DNA of 64,000 nt from contig OZ024747.1 of the NCBI GenBank assembly GCA_964016885.1, positions 38,688,001-38,752,000 on the forward strand. The letters run 5' to 3'. The notes under the pieces are model-generated. The model was not told where the DNA came from. It did not search any database and worked only from the letters and a program-made list of their open reading frames with translations. The stretch comes from Eledone cirrhosa (lineage: Eukaryota). Below, piece after piece: positions 24,553 through 36,479 of this stretch (its first letter is position 1; each line of letters starts with the position of its first letter). A program made the translations under genes and the position numbers.

Positions 24553-27500
24553 TTTCATTTATTGGCCACAAGGGGACAATACAAAAGACTGGGAGAGTGG
24601 GGCTTTACAGAAAAATCGAGTAAACAATATGAATAACAATAACAAAGTAACAACAACAGAGTAACAATAAAGAAACAAGAAAATTACAACAAGAAAAAAT
24701 TCCCCAATAGGGGGGGGGGGGATAACCACCTAGGATTCGCTCAGGTACCCCACCAGTCTTGAACGACCCGACGCTTCGAGAGCACTCTGGAAGCGCACCC
24801 CTCTCCTCGTCAAATTTACCTACCTACAGGCACATGAGCAGAGTAGGCCCACTCACACGGGCCATTCTCGCCATATTCACCCACCTTTCAGCAAATGTAC
24901 TGGGGGGCAGCACTTATCTCTCCACCCTCACCTCCCTTTCCAAGTGAAACTTGAAAAAGTTGATGAGGGATTGACCGAAGAGAAAAGTGTCTGTCTTCAG
25001 TCCTTCAACCTCGTCCACCATACAACCACTTTCGCTATTGCCACCAGGCAGAGGAAAATTGCCTGCCCTACCTGGCCAAAAGAAGGCGGCGGGTCGATCT
25101 TCACTATGGACTCGTCCGATAGCCGGATCCGTTCTACACGCGACAACATCTGTTCAACATAACTCCACAAGTTAGTTATGCACGGACACTGGACGAGTGC
25201 GTGCAGAACGGTTTCGTCACTCTGCGCGCATCTCGGGCAGGTCCATCTGACAGCACTTCCGTGCCTGTAGAGTTTATCTCGAACCGGCAGTGTCCCCCGG
25301 TAGCACTGCCAAGCGAAGGATTTTTGGAAATTATCCATCGTCCCCGGCTCGAAAGTCCTCCGGTACATACTGGTTAGTTAGACTTAGTTGACTCCCAGAG
25401 CCTCTCGGAGTGCGTCGTCGCACCTTCTCACCACTAATCCTCTATAGAACTCGAGAGTGGAAGTTCCACTGACCGCATTTCCCGCCTGGTAGAGGGCAGT
25501 GAGTGCATGGCAACATTCCAGATGCCAGTCACCCAGTCTCGGTCTCTTCTTGACTCAGGACTGCAACTCAGTCAAAGAAATGAGCTGAGGAACGCCCGTC
25601 TGTCAAACGGCGACCACACCTGTTTACCGTTTAGGAGATGCCGCAGCCTCAGCTCGTGCCTGCGCATCATAAGCCATGGCATGCCCAGCCCTCTACGTAG
25701 AGGGTGCTGGCAGCAGATGGACCGCCTCACCAGCGGAACCTGACCCCTCCACAAGAATTTGAAGAGGAGCCGCTCCAAGATGGCGATGCGCGAACAGGGG
25801 CAAGGGACGACAGTCAGACGGTAGTAGATGACGGACGCGATGTACGCGTTCGCCACCTCCACCCGACCTTTCAGTGATAGCTTCATCCCAGCCCATTTCT
25901 GGGTGAGACTGACTACCCTTCCCGTCACCTCGTCCCAATTTTTATCCACCTGGAAGTATGGCACGAACCAAACGCCTAGCAACTTTACCACTCCGTCTGT
26001 CCAGCGCCTAACGCCGCTGTTGGACGGCATGGACTTGCCTCTCCAGGTGCCGAGTTGCAAGCCCACTGACTTTTCCGGGTTAAGTTTTGCTCCCCTCAAC
26101 CTTTCAAATCCCTCCAATAAGTTGCAGACCACCTCGATTTCTGAGGTGTCCAGCACCAACACGGCGATGTCGTCCGCATAAGCCGACACAGCCTTTCCGC
26201 GGCCCGGTTCGAGCGGGATGCCCTGCAACAGCTCCAGCTTCCGCAGTAAAGGCTCGAGAGTCAATACGTATAGAAGGGAGGAGGGAGAGAGGGCACCCCT
26301 GACGGACCGATGGGGAGATCTGAAACGGTTCCGAGAGGTGGCCATTACATTTGACCATCGAGCAGGTGCCGCTGTGCATTGCAGCGATGCAGCTTCTAAA
26401 GACGGGGTCGAAGCCAGCCGCCTTGAGGACAGCCTCCAGGTACCGATGGTCGACCCTATCGAATGCTTTCGATTGATCTAACTTGATCATAGCCCCACCG
26501 AAGCCAGGTTTACACCCTACCCTCTCTATGATGTATCGCATTAGGTGGAGGTTGTCGTGTATAGACCTGGTTGGGATTGCGCAAGTTTGCGCCTCCCCAA
26601 CCAAATTCCCGACGACAAGCGCCAACCTCTTCGTTAACACCCTGGCCAACATCTTAAACTCTGTGTTGAGCAGTGTTATATGCCTGAAATTGTCTAATGT
26701 GTACCTCTTGTTCTCGTCTTTCCTTATCAGCGTCACTACGCCTAGGCTCACAGAACTGGGAATACTCCCGTTTTGCTGTCAGTTGAAGTAGAGGGCTTCG
26801 AGGAGATTGGAGAACAAGTCTGGCATATTTACGTAAAGCTCGTAAGGCAGACCATCCAAACCGGGTGACTTGCGCCACATGCAACCGACAAAAGCATCCT
26901 GAATCTCGGCTGAAGTAATTGGCCTTTCGCAGCGCACAGCGTTAGCCGTCGAGAGTTGCGGCAAGCCATCGAGGTAGGGACTGAAGTCCGCAGCCATCTC
27001 CTACCCGCCTCTTCCCCCGAACAACCGAGCAAATTGTTGGCGAAAGGCCTCACACATCCCCTTGGAATCGCTCAGCTGGTGCCCGTCTCGGTCCGTCAAA
27101 GACCTAATCGTGGTTTTATTTCCACCCTGCGCCTCTGCCACGCGGGCCCATCGAACAGCTTTGGTTCCCTCGTTTCTCAGAGCACGCGCCTTAGCTCTGT
27201 CAATGCAACCTTCGTGTTTCGCATTGAAGAAATGGTCTAATGCCATTCTCGCCGCTAGCACATCAGTTGCAATGCCACTACCAATAGCCTCGTCTAACTT
27301 ATCTACCAACTCCCCCTCCTTTCTATTTTTCTCTAATGCTACTTCTTTGCTAAACTCTATCGACATTACTCTAATCTCTCTTTTGAGAGCCTCCCACCAT
27401 CTATTGTTGACGACTCCCCCTGTCAACTTTTTCTTAACTAAATTGTTGACCTGTTCCCTGTAAGCCTTACGTGCCGGAAATGACATGTTTAGCTTCCAGT

Positions 27501-30346
27501 AACCAGGTCCTAACCTACGCGTCTTATCTAGGTCGACCATACAGATCACAAACTTGTGATCTGAATAGGCGACCGTTTCAAAACGTGGACAGCTTACACT
27601 ATTTCTGTCTATTTTCATAATGAATATCCTGTCTATATACGATCTAGATAACCCTATGCGGTTAGCCCAGGTCCACACTGGCGCATTATGGAAATCTAGT
27701 CGGTACCTGTCAGACAGTAGGAACTAGCTGATCAGGGTCTTGAGGCTTTTGCACCCCCCGCTCCTATCGGATACTCCCACACAGTCCTAACGTGCGTCTA
27801 AAGAAGTCCGGCCGCCCTGCCCCGGTAGGAGCATAGACGGCCACCAGTCTAAAGGCACCACCTTCATTATTGTTCACGTCCAGGACCACCAACTTCCCGT
27901 CCGGGTCCCGGAAGATCGACCTTACTTCGAGATCCAGGCCTTTCCTAAACAGCACTGCCACCCCGCCTCCCATTCCCGGCCGGCTAACAGATGCAAAGAT
28001 CTAATAGTCGTCGAAAATGAGGTCTAGTGCGTGCGTGTCGGAAATTCTGGTCTCGCTGACAGCAATTACATCCATTTCTGTTGACTTAAGGTCGTTGAGC
28101 AGGTGACCCTGCTTCCAGGACGATCCCAGGGCTCAAACATTTTAACATCCTACTCTTAATACAGCCATGTTGGCAGGTTAAACAGAGAGAGAGGAAAGTT
28201 TACTTATCTTCCGAGCTCTTGTGAAGGTCGGGTTGTTCGACCTCCATATTTAGTGAGATTTCTTTTGGGAACCCCTTTAAAAGTCTTGAAGTAGGTTCTA
28301 CGTTCGGGTTTCCCACGTCCCGAGGAAAGCTGTCTAGTATTTCTTTGAATATGTCGAGCGACATTCGCACCAGAACCAAATTATCCGGCACGCGAAATGT
28401 GCCCGATTTAAAAATTTCCCCCTCCTTTTGTATATTTTCACTTTGTGCTACGAGGGCCATCAGTTCCTTGTTGGCCCTCCTGACGAGCACGAAGTTTTGT
28501 ATGTTTTGTTGGTGTGATTTTAGTTGTTTGCGTGGCTGTGGTGGTGATGGTTTAGGTGGTGTTGCTTCGGTTGTATCTGTGTTTGTTGTGAGTGCGGTGT
28601 CTGTGGATTCAGATGTTTGTGTTTATATTTGTTCTTGCGTCTGTTTCGGTTGTTTGCGTTTGGGGGATTCTGGTGATGGTGATGCTGGTGTTGGTGTTAT
28701 TGGAGAGATGTTTGCGTGGGTGGTGTCTGCGTTTTTTATTGTGGGTGCTTTTGCGCTTTGTTGAATTTTTTTTTTCTTTTTGTGTTTCCTTTTTTGGATT
28801 TTTGTGGATTTTGGATTTCCCTCATTTTCACTACTGGTAGATGAGGGGTCTGTGTCTGTAAGTGTATCTGCATGTATGTTTATGGTTTTATTTGGGGGGA
28901 GGGGGAATTTGACCGCTTTCCTCGTTTCCCCCCTGGGTGGTCAAAGTTGGTGGTGGTCTTTCTATTGGTGTTGTTGTTGGTGATTTGCCGGTGCTGGCGT
29001 TGGTTGTGGTCCTCGCCCCGGCGTCGGCAGCAGTGGAGCCTTTCGACCCCTTGCCTCTTTCAGCAGTTGAAGGCAGAAGGCTCCCGAATGGGTTTTTTCC
29101 CCACAAATAAAACACTGCGGCCTTTTGCCTTCGGTCATAATGTGAATGACCGTCCCATTCTGAAGGCGGATGTGGTCCGGGATTGTCTTTACATTCTCGG
29201 GCCTGATCTGGAGGAGTATCTCCAGGTCAACCCCGGACCAGTCCTCTCTGGACGTTCTGGTCACTTCTATAGGGACTGTATCCGTCCCCTCCACAATCAC
29301 ACATCCCAGAAGCCAACACACGTCAGGTCTTGGTGGGATTCTGGGAATGAGGCACGGGCCGTTCTTTTTCCCATGTGGGAGGGGTACATTATGCCCTTGC
29401 TGGTTTTGCAAGGAGTCATAGCGTGTTTCATAGCGAGAGCTTCTGACTTGGACAACACCGAAATGGTGCCGTACTGTCTGCCCTTCTCTATACTGGGTGT
29501 CTTCTCTGATGCACCTCACCTCTTCTTGTGGGATTAAAGCTGCCCTTTTGGTTTGTGCTGAGATGCATCTATAATGCACTGTTTTGCGCTCCACTGCCTC
29601 AATAGCCTCTACCGGGACAGTTAAGTTGGCCTAACTTTGCTCTTGCTTGATGAGCTTCCATGTCTGGGCCAACTTTTTATCTTTGTTTGAGAGATCCTTG
29701 TTGAAGCATGGCCTCTTTTATGCTGCTGCCGCAGCGAAAGTGTTCTTGTTTTCGTTGGGGGTTTTGTTGTCGTTGTTCTTGTTGGTGTTGTTGTTAGCAC
29801 TGTCGCTGTTATCATTGTTGTCTTTGTTGCCACCGTTGTTCTCGGTGCAGTTGGTATTATTGCTGTTGGTGTTGTCGCTATTTTTTTCATGTTAGTGGTG
29901 TTGATATTGTTGTTGTGTTTGTTATTTTTTTTTTTTCGTTATCTGTATTTTCGTTGTGGCTGTTACTGTAATTTTTCTCAAAATTAGAGTTCTTATTGGT
30001 ATCATTGGTGTCTTTGTTTACATTGTTTATGGTTGTGTTTGTGTTATCAATGTGTGTTAATTTCGCTGTAGCGCTCCTCTCAACTTCTACGTCGTTGTCG
30101 CACGGCGGCAGACATATCGCTGGGGGAGTGGCTCAACCACGTTTTATTTTTCTTCGTAAATTTTTTAACATGTAAAAAAAAGTTCAAATATTTGGACCAA
30201 AAGGCCCAAATATTATACTTTCCCCTTCACGGGGCAAAGTCTAAGGGCTTATATCCCTTACACAACAAGAAATATTTAACAACAAATAATTTCAACAGGC
30301 AAATATAGCGACTTACTGGGAGCGAGCAAAATACGTCCTCTTAGAC
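24553..30346 (-). mobile_element. Tx1 family C, full length, disrupted
   Basis: ORF1 from about 30115 to 28200 with CFICGEKTHSGAFC (29073-29114). ORF2 from 28168 to 24824 with APE (VYAP, SYIDR, SDH), RT (DQSKAFD, AYADD) and CPRC; many stops and frameshifts. Confidence 0.9.
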
Positions 30347-30602
30347 AAATAATAATAATAATAATGATGATGAAGCAGCAATATCAGTTTCCTGAAAATA
30401 GTGAGTGATGGTGACGAGAAATGTTCAATTATATGCACAACCGCGACGATAAGATATCTCATGGTGCAAAAACATCTGCTTGCCAATGGATTGCTGTTCC
30501 TATGGAAACCAACGGAAAATTGTTGTATTTTTCCTGTGTTCTATCAAAAGCATTATCACATCTTTCACCATGAATGAACTTAGTTTCCCATGAAGAACCG
30601 AA

Positions 30603-30690
<88 letters not shown>

Positions 30691-30739
30691 TTGTATGTGT
30701 TAGTGTGTGTGCGTGTGAGTGTGTGTGTGAGTGTGTATG

Positions 30740-30790
<51 letters not shown>

Positions 30791-30794
<4 letters not shown>

Positions 30795-31401
30795 GGAAAA
30801 AATGAAAAGAAATTTCATTTGCCACTCTTAGTACGGCTGTTACTTAAATATAAGTATGTACACGTACATACATATATGTATACAGACGTACAGTAGTATG
30901 TATATATATATACATACATGCACATATATATATATTTGTACGTATGGATTCACCGAACATTTATTATAATGCTCGGTGTGTTATTAAACAAACATCCCGT
31001 ATTAAGCCGTAGTGTCTAGCAGCCATCGTTGCTCATTTGTTCAACACTGACAAAGGAACGCTGTACTAGTTTCAAGCTTATTAGCTATTGTCAGCAACGT
31101 ATACCTTCCTGCCAGATTGTTGAACGTATATACATACCTTATGCATATTAACGGCTGAGTAGCCCAATTTGCATATTGAGTGGGTTAATCGGCCGGGTGC
31201 ACCGAAAACGATAAAATGAAAAAAATGAAACGAAATTTCATTTCCCACTCTTAGTACGGCCGTTACTTAAATATAAGTATGTACACGTACATACATATAT
31301 GTATACATACGTACAGTAGTATGTATATATATATACATACATGCACACATATATATATGTACGTTTGGATTCACCGAACATTTATTATAATGCTCGGTGT
31401 G
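30791..31401 (-). mobile_element. Small HHR-bearing repeat, about 423-bp unit in partial tandem (1.4 units); retrozyme or PLE pLTR-like
   Basis: 30791-30980 is repeated at about 31207-31401; a third copy lies at 53321-53650; HHR at 31059-31099; embedded in (TA)n. Confidence 0.75.
31059..31099 (-). ncRNA. Minimal type I hammerhead (core has a G-to-A change)
   Basis: Minus strand: cgttg CTGACAA t agct-aata-agct t GAAA ctag TA cagcg. Palindromic stem III actagt. Stem I extends (ctggca/tgtcag, gttcaaca/tgttgaac). Confidence 0.72.
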
Positions 31402-31451
31402 TATATATACGATATATTAACAAATGGAAACTATATTTATAAAACCATATT

Positions 31452-31516
31452 TATTTCATTATACATATTTCAAGGACACCAAGTCAAATTATGATGTGCT
31501 TTCATCAGACGAAATA
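31452..31516 (-). ncRNA. Type I hammerhead with an intact core
   Basis: Minus strand: tatttcgt CTGATGA aag-c-acatca-(10 nt)-tggtgt-c-ctt GAAA tatgta TA atgaaata. 8-bp stem I; quasi-palindromic stem III. Confidence 0.72.
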
Positions 31517-32347
31517 TAATATAGATCAGTTTTATAAATAAATATTGACATAAATAATATATATATGTATGTATGTGTGTGAGTATGTGTGTGCGTTTTT
31601 GTGTGCGTATACAAATGTATGCATGATACACATGCACACACACACATATTCACACAAATGTATAACTAGTAGAACCTTGAATCGCAAACGTGATTTGGTT
31701 ATACCACAGTGCTTTCGCTCTGAGGTTTACATACACAGATTCTCTCGTCTCTTTCTCCATTAATCTAGCGGAACATACAGGATGCGACAGCTGGATGAAG
31801 ACAGGGCAGCACTAACACTGGGCTGCTAATTGATCGACCACCTATCAAATCTGTATATAACTATATAACTATATGTGTGTGTTTGTGTGTGTGTGGGGGA
31901 GTTGCGCGTGTGTGTGTGGGGGAGTTGCGCGTGTGTGTGGGGGGCGTGTGTATATATATATACAGAAAGAAAGAGAGAGAAATAGATAAATAGAAAGATA
32001 TAGATATAGATATAGATATTTGAGTGTTTGTGTAAATGTGCGTATGTCTGTGTCAGCGTGTGTTTGTACATATATTGGCAGAGTTCTGGTATATATTTCG
32101 GATTTATGAGCTCTAAATTTAAATTCCACCCATGGACACTTTCCTGGTGATAATTTCGGGGACCGTAAATGCATTTTCTGTTTAAGGCGGAATTGTTAAG
32201 GTGTTGAACTGAAAGCCTTTGATTATATGTTCTGGTTCCATGCATTCTGATTTCATATCCTTCCTTCGGTCAAAAGAAAAATAAGCATTGTATCCTTATG
32301 AATAAAAACAAATCAAAAGTGGAGACCGGATAAAGCGACAAATAATT

Positions 32348-32630
32348 GAGCTATAATACAATCAAGAACACATACATATGTTTATATGTATATATATATA
32401 TATATACATGTGTGTGTGAGCTATAATACAATCAAGAACACATACATATGTTTATATGTATATATATATATATATACATGTGTGTGTGAGCTATAATACA
32501 ATCAAGAACACATACATATGTTTATATGTATATATATATATATATACATGTGTGTGTGAGCTATAATACAATCAAGAACACATACATATGTTTATATGTA
32601 TATATATATATATATACATGTGTGTGTGAG
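32348..32630. repeat. Perfect 70-bp tandem repeat x4
   Basis: Unit gagctataatacaatcaagaacacatacatatgttta...catgtgtgtgt starts at 32348, 32418, 32488 and 32558. Confidence 0.95.
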
Positions 32631-34087
32631 TTTGTAATACCTACAGTATGATTGAAAACATTTACCATTTTCCTTGTGTTTTACATTATATATTCACACT
32701 CTACACCCCCACCTTGGATACAGTGAAGCTCTTTCTTCCCCTCGTATCTCTCACCCTCTCTCTCTCACTCTCTCTATCTCTCTCTCTCACACACACGCAC
32801 TTGTTATAGTCATAGACTGGTGATTTGACTGTTCTTTACCATATTCTCTTGCCTATTATTTTCGAGTAGTCACTAGTTCATTTTCATTCGTTTCCACAGT
32901 GATATAATTTCTGTTCTTTTGATAGCAATACCATTGCTCAATTGTTGATGGTAATAAACCTTCTCTACTCTAGATGATAATAAAATTGGACTACTCTAGA
33001 TTGTGATAACATTTCTTTACTTCAGTTGGCGAATGTACTGCTCAACATTAGATAGTGTTGTATACAGTATAATTTTATACGTTCATGGTTTCTAATGAGC
33101 AAAGTGGGTCGGTAAATTAACCAGCCCCCGATGGATGAGGAGCAAATACATATGATGGGGGCCGTTAATACCAGTGTATGATGTATGTTGTAAGAGAAGA
33201 AATTAGGTTTTTGGTAGAGATTTAGAACGAAAATATTCCTTTAGTAGGAATGTTATACATTATGTTTATCAATTGCAGTATAGTTTATAATTGTGGCCGT
33301 TGTAGTTGTTATTGTTTATCGCAAAAGGAGTACCATTCAAACAGGTTTTTGATCAGAATCATTCAGGCTCTGATCATTTCACATGTTTTCTTTTTTGGGC
33401 ATAATGTACGCAAGTTTATGTTATCAACATCGTTTCCCTTTTAAGAATATGGTTTGAGTGAGATTCCGCTTATACTTTATTATCTCACAAATTTTACAAA
33501 TGTCTTCATTGTATTATATTGATGTGTTGCTTAATGTAAACCGAAACAAATTGTCCAGTATGATCCTCCTTATTAACAACGGTGTGAATTAACTTCAAGG
33601 ATATTTGGCACCAACTTCAGCAGAGTAATAAACAAGGATTCGTTTCGTCTATGTTGTGTAAACGTTTGATTGTGATGTATTTCTTTACTTCGTCCTAAGA
33701 AATGTGTAATATTACTTCTTTGTGACATTTTTCGCAGATCATGACCCTCTCTTCCTGAGATTCGATAACAACTACCAGTGTTATGGAAACTGATATATAT
33801 AAGAAGGCTAAAACAATGCAAAATGGACGGTAAGCTGAAGGCAACGGATACGTTAGTTACCTGGTAATCTTTGTTGTTTTGTTGTTTTTGTTTTTGTCCT
33901 AATATTTAAAGAATAAAAATCACCTTGGTATAGGGAAGGTTCAGAGAAAAACCGTTACAGTCTATTAGCAGAAAAACCACCCTTCGGGTGGTTTTCTGCT
34001 AGCATGTGTAGTGTGTATATTGATATTATACGCAGCTATATATACATGTAGATACATCAAATAAAATCGTAATTGACAATATATAAT

Positions 34088-34263
34088 TGTTTCTACTGTT
34101 GGCACAACGCCAGCAATTAACCAGTGCATTACTGGTACTTTATTTTATCGACCCCGTAAGGATGAAAGGCAAAGTTAACCCCAGCGGGATTTGAACTCAG
34201 AGGGCCGTAACTCTATGCGTCAAAGCATTGCGTCCGACCCTTTACCGATACTGCTAATCCACC
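34088..34263 (-). mobile_element. tRNA-SINE copy with a 15-bp target site duplication (TSD)
   Basis: Homologous to 20541-20725; TSD ttgacaatatataat at 34073-34087 and 34264-34278. Confidence 0.9.
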
Positions 34264-36479
34264 TTGACAATATATAATACATAGAAATTGAACGAAGACT
34301 ACGTTACACTGACTTATGTAATCAGTAACGTAATCCTTAATACATTAAAAAAAGACGATATTATATATAAACTGCATTAGGAGAAAATTAGTCACAGAAA
34401 ATTAGTATGTTTATTTAAGCGATGGCCAACCGGAAGTGTTGACATTTTAGAAATTTTAAAGAAGTGAATCTTTAAATAAACAAAATATATTTAATCAACC
34501 TCCTCGAAATTTAGTAGATAAATTATGTAATATTCATTCATTATTTATTCAAAGTAAACCAACTTATTTTACTTATTGGATAAACAATTATAAACCATAC
34601 GCAGTCCCGCGCTACTTATTTTATTATAGTTTAGATTCGCTTTGAAATTAGATTTAAATTTAAAATACATATACCGCTTGCAAGCGTTGTTTAGCGTTTG
34701 AGAGGCGGGAGGATGACGTCAATTGCTGTATGTATTATGTCATGGAATCAAATTTCTTTTGTACATTTTTATGTTTAGGTTGCGTGTGTGTGGGTGGATC
34801 CTTTTGTGTCAAGTATTGTGTGCTGAGATTTATTCTGTTATTAATTTGTAGGTTGAGTCTACATGTGCTTTCGAATGAGGATTCGTGTGTGTTGAGATGT
34901 TTTTAATGCGGTTGTTGAGTAGTCCAGTCGTATTACCATATAGAACTCCTTACATTTGTTGCAATATGTTATACCAGTATTATGTTATTATCAGTACATA
35001 CATATATCTACAAACCATTTCTATAAACCTGTTAGTTCGTTCATCTATATTTTCATTCAATCTGTCTGGAGGGCTGTTTCGGAATGTATTAAAAGGCTTA
35101 CCTTCTTTCGTACAATTAGGTTGATAAAATATCTACAGCGGTATTGACTTTGTAGTGCTTTAGAATGTATTATTAAATGTTATAGCCAATACAGATATTC
35201 ACCTATCAACATATTTACAGGCATCAGTTGTGTGTACCTTATTTTCAACGCACACCCAACCTTAATGATATTAACATAAGCATATGATGTGTGAAACGAC
35301 ATTTTCTTTCCAGTTTAACTGCGTCTGCTAAAGGCAGCTTGTGACAAGACCACATATCTATTCATTGAACATGAAGCACGGCTTATTCATCAAGATATCT
35401 AAAGATTAAGCATATCACACAGTGATGGGGAAGGAAGTGTTTTTCAATTATTCTTGCTCAGACATTGATATTTTGTATTTGATATTAGACACTTCAAACA
35501 AGCGATTCTGAAACTTTTCGTTAGTTTCTTATTAAAGTATTTTTCTACTTGTCAAGTATTCACACATAAACTAAAGATATCAAGACTTTCCTTTCCTACA
35601 AGAAATGATTTTAGATATTTTGAGGTGCTGATGTTTCTATTTGTAATACAATTACGTTTTCCGTACTTTCTCTAAAGGCTATGCATACATTTTTTTCTAT
35701 AGATTTTTATTGTCACAATATCTTCAAGTATATAGCTTAATATGCCTTGATAATTACCTTATCCTTTAAATATTATATCTCAAGACTATTCCATGTAAAT
35801 TTATGTTATGTTACTTGTTATTGATCGATAACTGTATATATTGTTTTGGGAATTCACCTGTTGATTTCTTCTGACAATCAGTTAAGAAGATTTGCATATA
35901 TGAAGTTAATTTATATGGAACTCGAGGAATGAGTACTTATGCTGCTTTCCATAACATCGATGATTGTTTCTATCCAAAAGATATTAAATATACATTTATA
36001 AACCCTAACCTCTTTACATATTGTAAATAAAGCAATATGGCGCAACTATTGCGTTTTTCTTGTTGACAGCGTCAAATCTAACATGCTGAAAAGTTATAGT
36101 TAGTTCTGTAAAAAAAGGTTTTGCCAACGTGCCGTATTTTATAATAAAGTATTTCATGATAAATAGAGTCTTTAAATTGTGCTGTAATAACATACTTTCT
36201 CTGCCTAAAATATGAATCAAAATGCAATGCATTTAATAGCTTCATAGTTTCGCTGTCTCACATATCTTAACAATCTCTAGTTAGTTAAATATAAGGCCAT
36301 ACGTTCATAGGAGCATGAGTTCATACACACATGAACAGGCGCACCACCACTATATACATACATTCATACATGGTGGCTGCAGATTCTGCTAAGAGTATTG
36401 GAATCGCTTGTCAGCTTACAGAAAATGGTGTAACATTAGGCTACCGCTTGCCACACGCACATGTAACATATCCTGAACA

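Noticed and set aside
32348-32630. CRISPR-like array
   Set aside because: There are no unique spacers, the context is eukaryotic and there are no cas genes.
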